NCBI GenBank assembly: GCA_004563405.1
Contig: SFTH01000003.1
Span: 41,194-105,193, forward strand
Reading direction: 5' to 3'
DNA: 64,000 nt
Source of the DNA: a bacterium
Lineage (GTDB): Bacteria; Bacillota; Clostridia; Christensenellales; Aristaeellaceae
Shown here: positions 20,121-28,343 of the stretch, one piece after another
How positions within the stretch are numbered: position 1 is the stretch's first letter
Layout: the number at the start of each line of letters is the position of its first letter
Notes under the pieces: generated by a model
Told to the model about the DNA's origin: nothing
What the model saw: the letters and a program-made list of their open reading frames with translations, nothing else
The model's database searches: none
Position numbers and translations under genes: made by a program

Positions 20121-20387
20121 TTATTTTTTGTCGTGCTCCTCCACATAGAAGCGCACGAATTCCTCCAGAAGTTCGTCCCGCTCCAGCCTGCGAATCAGCG
20201 ATCTCGCATTGTTGTAGCTGGTTATGTAGGTCGGATCACCGGAGATGATGTAACCGACCAGCTGCAAAATGGGGTCGTGGCCCTTGGCCTTGAGCGCCTG
20301 ATACACAACCTCGATGATTTCAGCAGCGGACTCGGGCGGATTTGCGGGCAGACGGAAATTCTGGGTTTCCCCCAAACGATTGTTCAT
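20121..20387 (-). CDS. IreB-family regulatory phosphoprotein (DUF965, YrzL-like)
   Basis: Small protein with VYQALKAKGHDPILQLVGYIISGDPTYITSYNNARSLIRRLERDELLEE. Its stop directly abuts the ATG of the next gene. Confidence 0.8.
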   Translation of the reverse strand: MNNRLGETQNFRLPANPPESAAEIIEVVYQALKAKGHDPILQLVGYIISGDPTYITSYNNARSLIRRLERDELLEEFVRFYVEEHDKK

Positions 20388-20447
20388 AGCGCACCGCCTT
20401 TCCTTGCATGCATACACAGAGTATTATACCATAGGCGTTTCCAAAAT

Positions 20448-21491
20448 TCAATTGTTTTCGCGGCGCTGAACAAAAACTCTATATAGTGTTCGAGCGGCCA
20501 TCATTGCGGGCAGGGCAAGCAGCATGCCCCAGACGCCGTTCAGGCGTGCGCCCACATACAGCGTCAGCAGCACTACCGCCGGAGAAAAGCCGGTGACGTT
20601 GCCCATCACCCGCGGCGAGATGACCATGCCGTCGATCTGCTGCACCAGAAACAGTGCAAGAATAGCGAAAGCCGCCCTCTTCCAGCTGACGCTCAGCGCC
20701 AGGATCACCGCCGGCACGCCGCCGAGGATGGGGCCGAGGTAGGGGATGACGTTGAACGCCCCCACGAATACGCCCAGCAGCGGCGCACCCGGAACGCCCA
20801 CGATCGAGAGCGCCGCGGCGGCAAGTATGCCCACGGCGAGGGCGATGGTGGCCTGCCCGCGAAGGTAGAGGCGAAGCTCGCGCACCAGCGCGTTTCCCGT
20901 CCGCACCAGCAGGCAGCGCCAGGCGGAGGGAATGAGCAATTCCATCCGCAGCAGTATCTGCTCCCGGTCGGCGAGCAGGAAGAAGCCGAGCACCGCCATC
21001 AGGGAGAAGCGATACAGACTGTTGCCCACACTTCCCGCATAATTCATTGCGCCCCTGGCGACGCTTCCGAATTCCCGCTCCGCGCCGGAGAAGTTGATCT
21101 TTGGCAGCGTCAGCTCGGGAATTCGATTCTGAAGGCGCTGCGCGAGATCCTCCGCGAGGTCGCGAAGGCGGCGAAAGGCTTCCGGTACAAGATCGACGAA
21201 CCCGGAGAGCTGGCGGATGAGCGCAGGGAGGAGGAGGGCAAACAGGGAGAGCAGGCCGAGCGCAACGCAGACGATTGAGATGAGCGCGGCGGCCGTCCGC
21301 GGCAGCTTTTTTTCCAAAAGGCGCGAGAGGGGAGAAAGCAAAAAGGCGATCACCGCGCCGCCGAACACGATGCGTACCAATTCCAGCAGCGTGCCGCCCC
21401 AGAGCACACACGCCCCGACGATGGCGAGGACGGCCAGAGCGGCGCAGACGGCCCGGCCGGCCGCTTCGGGGCGGGAGGAATGAATCTGCAT
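20448..21491 (-). CDS. AI-2E family transporter (PerM/YtvI-like permease)
   Basis: Polytopic membrane protein with the family-typical PYLGPILGGVPA segment. Start set at MQIHSS, which has a GAGGTG RBS. The tracked ORF extends further 5' without support. Confidence 0.75.
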   Translation of the reverse strand: MQIHSSRPEAAGRAVCAALAVLAIVGACVLWGGTLLELVRIVFGGAVIAFLLSPLSRLLEKKLPRTAAALISIVCVALGLLSLFALLLPALIRQLSGFVDLVPEAFRRLRDLAEDLAQRLQNRIPELTLPKINFSGAEREFGSVARGAMNYAGSVGNSLYRFSLMAVLGFFLLADREQILLRMELLIPSAWRCLLVRTGNALVRELRLYLRGQATIALAVGILAAAALSIVGVPGAPLLGVFVGAFNVIPYLGPILGGVPAVILALSVSWKRAAFAILALFLVQQIDGMVISPRVMGNVTGFSPAVVLLTLYVGARLNGVWGMLLALPAMMAARTLYRVFVQRRENN

Positions 21492-21622
21492 ATCAACACC
21501 TCGCTTACCAGGATGCGTTTGATTCGGATGCGCTTCGAACGGCCGTCGCGCCGGAGGCAGACTGCCGCTGGACGGCGCGCGGGAATGTGTCGCCCCGCGC
21601 GGGGCGCGGGGCGTGGAATGCA

Positions 21623-21793
21623 TCAGAGCATCCTGGCGATTTCGTCCGTCTTCCGGGAGAGCCAGCGGCCGCTGCGGCGAATCTGCTGATTCCAATGCCG
21701 CTCGGTCTGCCAGTTCATCACGCCGTACATCGTTGCAGCTGCGCCGCCGATGAGCATGCCCGTCATGAGCCCCTTGATCATGCCTCGCTTCAT
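21623..21793 (-). CDS. Small (56 aa) hydrophobic protein, YtxH-like; not in the ORF track
   Basis: Read by hand: MKRGMIKGLMTGMLIGGAAATMYGVMNWQTERHWNQQIRRSGRWLSRKTDEIARML. GGAGGAAG RBS. The ATG overlaps the TGA of the upstream PRC-barrel gene (ATGA). Confidence 0.45.
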   Translation of the reverse strand: MKRGMIKGLMTGMLIGGAAATMYGVMNWQTERHWNQQIRRSGRWLSRKTDEIARML

Positions 21794-22248
21794 GGATCTT
21801 CCTCCTTTTCCATAGCCTGCGTCGAATCCAGAACAATGATCTCCGCGCCGCCCGCCTGGGCGTTGTAGTGCTCCACGCGGCTGCGCCCGCCGCGCAGATC
21901 GTCCCAGAAGCCCCTGGTGAGCTCCAGAGAGCTCACCAGAAAGCTCAGCTCGTCCACCTCCGCGCCGACGATTGCGCCCAGGCGCGCGCCGTCGGTGGAG
22001 ACAGCGCGGCGCAGCATGGAGTGGACGTTACATTTTCTGCGTCTTCCGCGGCTGTCGCTGAGCACGGCTCTTTCGCCGATCATGCTCAGCTGCTCTGCGG
22101 GGATGTAGCGCGTCCCCCTCAGTCCGCAGTCGACCCAGACGCCCTCCATGCGCTTCAGATCCGGCGAGAGCTCCGCCTGCACCAGGCGACCGATCTTCCT
22201 TCTGTGGCAGATGACCGGCAAGCCGATCAGATTGCGCAATTTTCGCAC
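21790..22248 (-). CDS. PRC-barrel domain protein (two PRC-like halves)
   Basis: LIGLPVICHRRKIGRLVQ... and GARLGAIVGAEVDE... resemble YlmC/YmxH-type PRC barrels. The GTG start at 22248 is inferred. Confidence 0.5.
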   Translation of the reverse strand: MRKLRNLIGLPVICHRRKIGRLVQAELSPDLKRMEGVWVDCGLRGTRYIPAEQLSMIGERAVLSDSRGRRRKCNVHSMLRRAVSTDGARLGAIVGAEVDELSFLVSSLELTRGFWDDLRGGRSRVEHYNAQAGGAEIIVLDSTQAMEKEEDP

Positions 22249-22476
22249 ATTCAGCCCCCGCTTTTTCGTGGAATTCGACGGCGTTATTTTGCGCCCGGGG
22301 CATTTGATTGTTGCAAGGCAAATTTTTGCTGGGAGCATTTGGCGCGAAAAAACCAGCCGTTTTGTGCAATGCTAAAGCTGGGGCGGAAAAGTGTTGAAAC
22401 CTTGTCAAAACCTTTGACACAAATTAGACACATATTTCTGTTAATGTACTTGCGAACCAGGAAGGGAGGCGATCGC

Positions 22477-23187
22477 ATGGAAAAGAATCACAGCGGATAC
22501 AGAATACTTGTGGCGGATGACGACAACAGCGTGCACGAAGCGCTGCGCGTCCACTTCCGCAGGGAGGAATACCAGATGCTCTCCGCCTTTGACGGAGAGG
22601 AGGCGCTTGAAATGATGCGGCGGTCGCGCCCGGACATCGTGGTGCTGGACGTCATGATGCCCAAAAAGGACGGGCTCATGGTCTGCCGTGAGATTCGCAA
22701 AGAATCGAATATTCCCATCATCATGCTCAGTGCAAAGGCTGAGGAATTTGACCGTTTGCTGGGACTGGAATTGGGCGCGGACGACTATATCGCCAAGCCC
22801 TTCAGCCCCCGGGAAGTGGTGGCGCGCATCAAGGCCGTGCTTCGCCGTCTACACGACAGTGGAGAGGAGAGCCGCGCGACCCATCTGGTCGTGGACAATC
22901 TGGACATCGACATGAACGCTTATGTGGTAAAATTGAATGGAACCGTGGTGCCCTGCACCCCCAAGGAGATCGAAATCCTCTGGACGCTGGCCAGCAATCC
23001 GGGCATGGTGTTCAGCCGGGAGCATCTGTTGCAGAGCATCTGGGGATACGACTACCTGGGGGACACCCGGGCTGTGGACAGCCACATCAAGCGAATTCGT
23101 GCCAAATTGTGCATGGAGGGAAACGGTTGGGACATCCGCACCGTCTGGGGCGTGGGTTATCGCCTGGAAACGGACATCGACAGCTGA
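22477..23187 (+). CDS. OmpR/PhoB-family response regulator (no adjacent kinase)
   Basis: Receiver domain (ILVADDD, VVLDVMMPKKDG, SAKAEE) plus a winged-helix output (TVWGVGYRL). ATG at 22477 with a GGAGG RBS. Confidence 0.9.
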   Translation: MEKNHSGYRILVADDDNSVHEALRVHFRREEYQMLSAFDGEEALEMMRRSRPDIVVLDVMMPKKDGLMVCREIRKESNIPIIMLSAKAEEFDRLLGLELGADDYIAKPFSPREVVARIKAVLRRLHDSGEESRATHLVVDNLDIDMNAYVVKLNGTVVPCTPKEIEILWTLASNPGMVFSREHLLQSIWGYDYLGDTRAVDSHIKRIRAKLCMEGNGWDIRTVWGVGYRLETDIDS

Positions 23188-23198
23188 AAAAAGACAAC

Positions 23199-23226
23199 GG
23201 GCCGCATCCAATGTTGGATGCGGCCC
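23199..23226. terminator. Perfect 13-bp hairpin between convergent regulator and HAD genes
   Basis: GGGCCGCATCCAA/TTGGATGCGGCCC. A T-run (TCTTTTTTC) follows on the minus strand only. Confidence 0.55.
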
Positions 23227-23284
23227 AAACGTTGCGCGGTGAGGGATCGGCTGCGCGGCGGCCTTCCGCTGCGCACGGCCCGCT

Positions 23285-23947
23285 TCAGCGGCGCGCGCCT
23301 TCCAGCAGAAAGGCCTGGAGCGCATCGACGCTGTCGAAGGCGCGGCGGATTTCGTACGCCTGCATTTCCTCGTGCCTGCGGAATCCCCAGGAAACCCATG
23401 CGCAGTCCGTGCCGGCGTTGCGTGCGGTCTCCAGATCCACGCCGCTGTCGCCGATGTAGATCGTCTCTTCGGGCGCGACGCCCAGACCTTCCATGATGCG
23501 CCGGGCGGCGGTGGGGTCCGGCTTCCGGGGGGTGATTTCAGACTCGCCCACGGCGCAATCATAGAGGCCGTCGAAGTGAATCCGGCAGAGGCTCTGAAGC
23601 GCCGCGTCGAATTTGTTGGAATTGATGCCCACCCGCACGCCGGCGCGCTTCAGCGCTGCAAGAAGCTCGGGTATGCCGTCGTAGGGGCGCGTATGTACGT
23701 TGACATGGTCGCGGTAGTACGCCTTGAAATCGGCGAGCACCCGGGCGCACTCCTCGTCGGACGTGCCCTCGGGTACGGCGCGGCGGATCAGCTTTGCAAC
23801 GCCATTGCCGACAAAGCGGCGCACGTCCTCGACGCTGTGGCGGGGAAAGCCGTGCATCTCCAGCGCGGCGTTCGCGGCGGCGGCCAGATCGTCCAGCGTG
23901 TTCAGGACGGTGCCGTCCAGATCAAAGATGGCGAGCCTGTATTTCAT
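23285..23947 (-). CDS. HAD-family hydrolase (phosphoglycolate phosphatase-like)
   Basis: FDLDGTVLNT motif I and GDSGVDLETARNAG motif IV. Confidence 0.85.
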   Translation of the reverse strand: MKYRLAIFDLDGTVLNTLDDLAAAANAALEMHGFPRHSVEDVRRFVGNGVAKLIRRAVPEGTSDEECARVLADFKAYYRDHVNVHTRPYDGIPELLAALKRAGVRVGINSNKFDAALQSLCRIHFDGLYDCAVGESEITPRKPDPTAARRIMEGLGVAPEETIYIGDSGVDLETARNAGTDCAWVSWGFRRHEEMQAYEIRRAFDSVDALQAFLLEGARR

Positions 23948-24137
23948 GTTGCTTCATCTCCAGTTCGATGATGTACCGGGAATAAATATAGCAGAGGCGC
24001 AGGTTAAAAGCTACCGCGGGGGGTTAGAATTCTGTTATGTACAATTGTCACCGGAAAGTCGGATTGCGCGCCTTGTCAGGCAAGTTGGTTTATGATACAA
24101 TGTAAAATGGTTAAATGGCAATAATAGGGAGCGTTCG

Positions 24138-24881
24138 ATGGAAGCGTACAATGGTTTTGCAGTCGTCTACGATCAATTGATGGACGATTTCGACTATCCG
24201 GGCTGGGCCGGGTACTATCTCGACCTGCTCCGGGAGGCGGGCGTTGAGCCGGTTGAGCTGTGCGACTGCGCCTGTGGCACCGGCAGCATGACGTTGGAAT
24301 TCGCCCGGCGGGGCATGCGCGTCACGGGTGTGGACATTTCCCGGGAAATGCTGGAACGCGCCGCGCAGAAGGCGCGTCAAAGCGGTGTCCGCGCGCAGTT
24401 TGCCTGCCAGGACATGAGCCGCCTGGCGCTTGCACATCCGGTGGACGCCATCGTCTGCGCCTGCGACGGCGTGAACTATCTGACCGGCGACCGGCGCGTG
24501 CGCGCGTTCTTTGAAGCGGCGCATGCCGCGCTGCGCCCCGGCGGCGCGCTGGCCTTCGACATTTCATCGCCCTACAAGCTCCGGCATGTGCTGGGAGACG
24601 GCTTCTTCGGAGAGGAGCGGGACGATGTGGCCTATCTGTGGCAGAACCGCCTGGAGGGCGACGTGCTCACGATGGATCTCACCTTCTTCATCCGCGAGGC
24701 GGATGGACGCTACCGGCGCGTCGCGGAGACCCACCGCCAGCGCGCCCACGAGCCGGAGCATCTCGCGCGCTTGCTCGAGGAGAGCGGCTTTTCCGGTGTG
24801 CGCATCTATGGCGACCGGAGCTTTGAAGCGCCGGGCCCGGAGGAAATGCGCGTGCACATATGTGCGCGGCGCGAATCGTAA
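24138..24881 (+). CDS. Class I SAM-dependent methyltransferase
   Basis: Motif I LCDCACGTGSMT followed by VTGVDIS. Confidence 0.8.
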   Translation: MEAYNGFAVVYDQLMDDFDYPGWAGYYLDLLREAGVEPVELCDCACGTGSMTLEFARRGMRVTGVDISREMLERAAQKARQSGVRAQFACQDMSRLALAHPVDAIVCACDGVNYLTGDRRVRAFFEAAHAALRPGGALAFDISSPYKLRHVLGDGFFGEERDDVAYLWQNRLEGDVLTMDLTFFIREADGRYRRVAETHRQRAHEPEHLARLLEESGFSGVRIYGDRSFEAPGPEEMRVHICARRES

Positions 24882-24900
24882 GTTTTGAAGGAGTGCGACA

Positions 24901-25800
24901 ATGGACATTCGAAATCAGGACGGAATTTATCATATCTCCCTGCTGAACGGGCAGGCGCGGGCGATTCTCATCGAGAGCACGGAGCTGGTGCAGCGGGCCA
25001 TGGATACCCACCGCCTCTCCCGCATCGCCACGGCGGCTCTGGGCCGCACGCTGACCTGCACCGCCATGATGGCCAGCATGCTCAAGGGGGAAAAGGAATC
25101 CGTGAGCGTGCAGATCAAGGGCGGCGGCCCCATCGGCACGGTGCTGGCCGTGGCCCACGGGGATTTGAGCGTGAAGGGCTATGTGGACAATCCGGACATC
25201 GACCTGCCCCGCACCGGGAAAAAGCTGCCCGTGGGCGCGGCGGTGGGCAAGGATGGACGCATGACGGTCATCAAGGATCTGGGCATGCGCGAGCCCTACA
25301 TCGGCCAGGTCAACCTGGTGTCCGGCGAGATTGCGGAGGACTTTGCCATGTACTTCACCGCCTCGGAGCAGACGCCCTCGCTGGTTTCCCTGGGCGTGCT
25401 GGTGGACGATGAACATGTGGAGGCTGCGGGCGGGCTGATCGTGCAGATGCTCCCCGGCGCGACGGAGGCGGCCATCGCTTCGGTCGAGGCCAGCGTCGGC
25501 ATGTTTGCGGATATTTCCGGCACGATGAAGGAATACCATCTGGAGGGGGCGGTCAATCAGCTGCTGCTGCACCTGGAACCGAAGATTCTGGAAAAGCGCG
25601 CGCCCCGCTATCGCTGCGATTGCAGCCGGGAGCGCATTGAGCGCATGCTGGTCAGCCTTGGAGCTGAAGAGCTTCAGGATATGATCGAGACCCAGAAGGG
25701 TGCACAGGTGGATTGCCACTTCTGCCTCAAGCGCTACAAGTTCAACGCGGAGGAGCTCAGCACGCTGCTGGAGGCAGCGAGGATTCGGGAGGGTCAATGA
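24901..25800 (+). CDS. hslO: Redox-regulated chaperone Hsp33
   Basis: C-terminal zinc centre CDCS...CHFC and family-typical length. Confidence 0.9.
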   Translation: MDIRNQDGIYHISLLNGQARAILIESTELVQRAMDTHRLSRIATAALGRTLTCTAMMASMLKGEKESVSVQIKGGGPIGTVLAVAHGDLSVKGYVDNPDIDLPRTGKKLPVGAAVGKDGRMTVIKDLGMREPYIGQVNLVSGEIAEDFAMYFTASEQTPSLVSLGVLVDDEHVEAAGGLIVQMLPGATEAAIASVEASVGMFADISGTMKEYHLEGAVNQLLLHLEPKILEKRAPRYRCDCSRERIERMLVSLGAEELQDMIETQKGAQVDCHFCLKRYKFNAEELSTLLEAARIREGQ

Positions 25801-27506
25801 AGCATAATTCCAAGGTGGTGCCCTTTGACAGGAGCGCGGCCTATGTGCGCCATCGGGCGTTGAAGAACATGCGCGAAAACAATCCGGTGGACGCGCTGGA
25901 GCTGATGCGCAGCGCGGTGGAACATTCTCCGGACAATCGGGAGTACCTGCTGGATCTGGCGGAGATGTACTGCGAGATGGGCCTGCACGAGCAATCGAAC
26001 CGCATACTGCTGGACATGATCGCCCAGAAGGATGCGCCGGCGGAGTGCTATTACGGCCTCGCGCTGAATCAGCTCGGCAAAAACGAGCTGGAGTCCGCGC
26101 GCCAGGCGCTCAACCTGTACCGGCAACACGCCGGCGGGGAATATGAGCAGGATGTGGTGGGACTGGCCACGGAGATTGACTTCTGCGACGCAATGAAAAA
26201 GCCTCTGGACCGCAAGCTGCGCCGGGCCGTTCAGATTGCGGAGCATGCCTGCGAGGCGCTGCGTGCGGACGACCCGGAGCGGGCGAGGGCGCTGTTCGAG
26301 CGGAGCCTGGCGCTTCAGCCCGGACAGACGGAGATGCGCGCGCTGTACGCCATGGCACTCAAGCTGCTGGACGAGGAGGAAGCGGCGCTTCGCGAGGCGA
26401 AAGCAGCCGTGGAGGATGAGGAGGCCAGCGTGCGCACGCTGTGCGTGGCGGCGCAGGTGTTCTGGGTATGCGGCCGCATCGACGAGGGGCGTTTCCTCGC
26501 GCGGCGGGCCATCGACCTCAGGCCGGACGGCGTGGAGCTTCGGCTGTTGACGTTTGCGCTGTGCGAGCTGGAGATGTACGCGGAGGCCGCGGAGGCTGCC
26601 AAGGGCGTGCTCCGGGAGACGCCGCACGACAAGCATTTTCTGCACCTGCGGGCCGTGACGCTGCACCGTTCGGGCGCGGAAGATGCGCTCGCGGAGCCCT
26701 TCTGGCTGCGCATACTGCGCATTGACCCGGAGGACAGTGTGGCGCGCTACTATCATGAGATCGCGCTGCGCGGCGAGCTGCGCGACATCGAACCGGAGCT
26801 GGTGTACGAGGTTCCGGCGGAGGAGTATCGCAGGCGCATGACGGTGATCACGGATTGTCTGGAGCAGAGCTCGGAGCTTGCAACGAAGCGCTGGCGGGAG
26901 GATAAGGCGTTCCGCGAGCTGCTGCGCTGGGCGCTGAACACGCAGAACGAGTACTGCGGGCGCGCGGTCGCGATGCTGCTGGTAAATGTGGACGACGAGG
27001 TCGGGGACAGCGTGCTGCGGGAGATGTTCTACAATGCGGCGATTCCCATACCGGTGAAGCTGCATGCCGCGCTGCTGTTGCAGCTGCGCGGCGCGGATCT
27101 CTACAGGTTTCTGCCGCCCGGTACGGACATTCAGGATGGCCTGCTCCCGGAACCGAGCGAGTTGCTCGAGCGCATCCCCGTGGGAGACCGGCAGCTGGTG
27201 CGCCTCGCAGGGGACATACTGGACGTCAATTACGGCATCCGCAGCCTGTCGTCCCTCACGATGCTCTGGTACAGTTACCGGCGCGCGTACCGCGAGGGCG
27301 GCGTGGATCCGTTGATCTGCACTGGCGAGGCCGCTGCGGCGTTGACCTGGAACTATCTGCTCCGCCGGGGTGTGAAGGTTTCGCCCCGGAAGTTGAGCCT
27401 CCAGTTCCAGTGCAGCGAGCGGCGCATGGTGTTTTACGCGCGACGCATGGCCGCGATGCTGGAGCGGAGCGAGGGAGAAATGAGGGATGAGCTTGAATTA
27501 CGTTGA
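25797..27506 (+). CDS. TPR-repeat protein of unknown function
   Basis: TPR-like helical repeats through the N-terminal two thirds. The ATG overlaps the hslO stop (ATGA). Confidence 0.6.
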   Translation: MKHNSKVVPFDRSAAYVRHRALKNMRENNPVDALELMRSAVEHSPDNREYLLDLAEMYCEMGLHEQSNRILLDMIAQKDAPAECYYGLALNQLGKNELESARQALNLYRQHAGGEYEQDVVGLATEIDFCDAMKKPLDRKLRRAVQIAEHACEALRADDPERARALFERSLALQPGQTEMRALYAMALKLLDEEEAALREAKAAVEDEEASVRTLCVAAQVFWVCGRIDEGRFLARRAIDLRPDGVELRLLTFALCELEMYAEAAEAAKGVLRETPHDKHFLHLRAVTLHRSGAEDALAEPFWLRILRIDPEDSVARYYHEIALRGELRDIEPELVYEVPAEEYRRRMTVITDCLEQSSELATKRWREDKAFRELLRWALNTQNEYCGRAVAMLLVNVDDEVGDSVLREMFYNAAIPIPVKLHAALLLQLRGADLYRFLPPGTDIQDGLLPEPSELLERIPVGDRQLVRLAGDILDVNYGIRSLSSLTMLWYSYRRAYREGGVDPLICTGEAAAALTWNYLLRRGVKVSPRKLSLQFQCSERRMVFYARRMAAMLERSEGEMRDELELR

Positions 27507-28311
27507 TTTTGACGCGAAATTCTTTGAGTTTGCCCGCAAGTGGGTCGCGGCGCATCCGGGGCTCACGGAGCAGCAGGTGGAGGACAGCTACAACCGCATT
27601 ATGGAGGAGTGGGTGTCCAGTCCGGCGGAATGGCTGGATGGCGACTCTCCGGCGACATACTTTCAGAGGTACGAGTCGGCGCAGGAGCTGATTGCGCTGA
27701 TGGAGGGCTACGCCGAGCGGGGAATCAACCTGCCGGAGCCCCTGTACGCGCGGATTGTGGAGCGCGGCGAGGATTGCGCGCCGCTGCTGGAGGGCATCCT
27801 CCGGGACGGGCAGCGGGACGAGGGCCTGCGCGCGGAGGCGCTGGGCATGCTGCGGGACATGGACGCGCGCTGTGCGGACGGGTATCTCGAGGCGCTGGTT
27901 TGCGGCGCGCAGGAGCGCAACGAGCTGAGCGACATGGCGGCGGAGGTCCTGGCCGGTCGGGACGCACAGACTGCGGCGCGACTGCTGGACGCATATCCCG
28001 GCGCGCCGGATTACGCGCAGGGGTTGATCCTGGACGTCTGTTGCAATTTTCCGGGAGACGAGCGCATATATCAGAATCTGGTGTACAAGCTGAAGAACGA
28101 TCCTGAGCAGCGGGCGCTGTGGGCCTCCTGCCTCAACAAGCTGGGAGACGAACGCGCCATTGAGCCGCTGAAGGAGATGCTCGGCCTGTTTGATCTGAAG
28201 TACTTGGATTACATTGAACTGCGCGACGCTGTGGAGGCTCTGGGCGGCGACGCGGGCGAGGAGCGCAGCTTCTACGGGGATCCGGATTTTGAAGCCCTGC
28301 GGAATCTTTAA
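27487..28311 (+). CDS. Hypothetical protein with HEAT/PBS-lyase-like repeats
   Basis: LGDERAIEPLKEML-type repeat. Good RBS. Overlaps the TPR gene end by 20 nt. Confidence 0.55.
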   Translation: MSLNYVDFDAKFFEFARKWVAAHPGLTEQQVEDSYNRIMEEWVSSPAEWLDGDSPATYFQRYESAQELIALMEGYAERGINLPEPLYARIVERGEDCAPLLEGILRDGQRDEGLRAEALGMLRDMDARCADGYLEALVCGAQERNELSDMAAEVLAGRDAQTAARLLDAYPGAPDYAQGLILDVCCNFPGDERIYQNLVYKLKNDPEQRALWASCLNKLGDERAIEPLKEMLGLFDLKYLDYIELRDAVEALGGDAGEERSFYGDPDFEALRNL

Positions 28312-28343
28312 GGGAAGCGAACGAAGAAGAGGGAGGGAAAGCG

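Noticed and set aside
21868-22476. 5' extension of the response-regulator ORF (the tracked ORF starts at 21868).
   Set aside because: The extension is antisense to the PRC-barrel gene and crosses an AT-rich promoter region. The receiver domain begins at the ATG at 22477, which has a GGAGG RBS.
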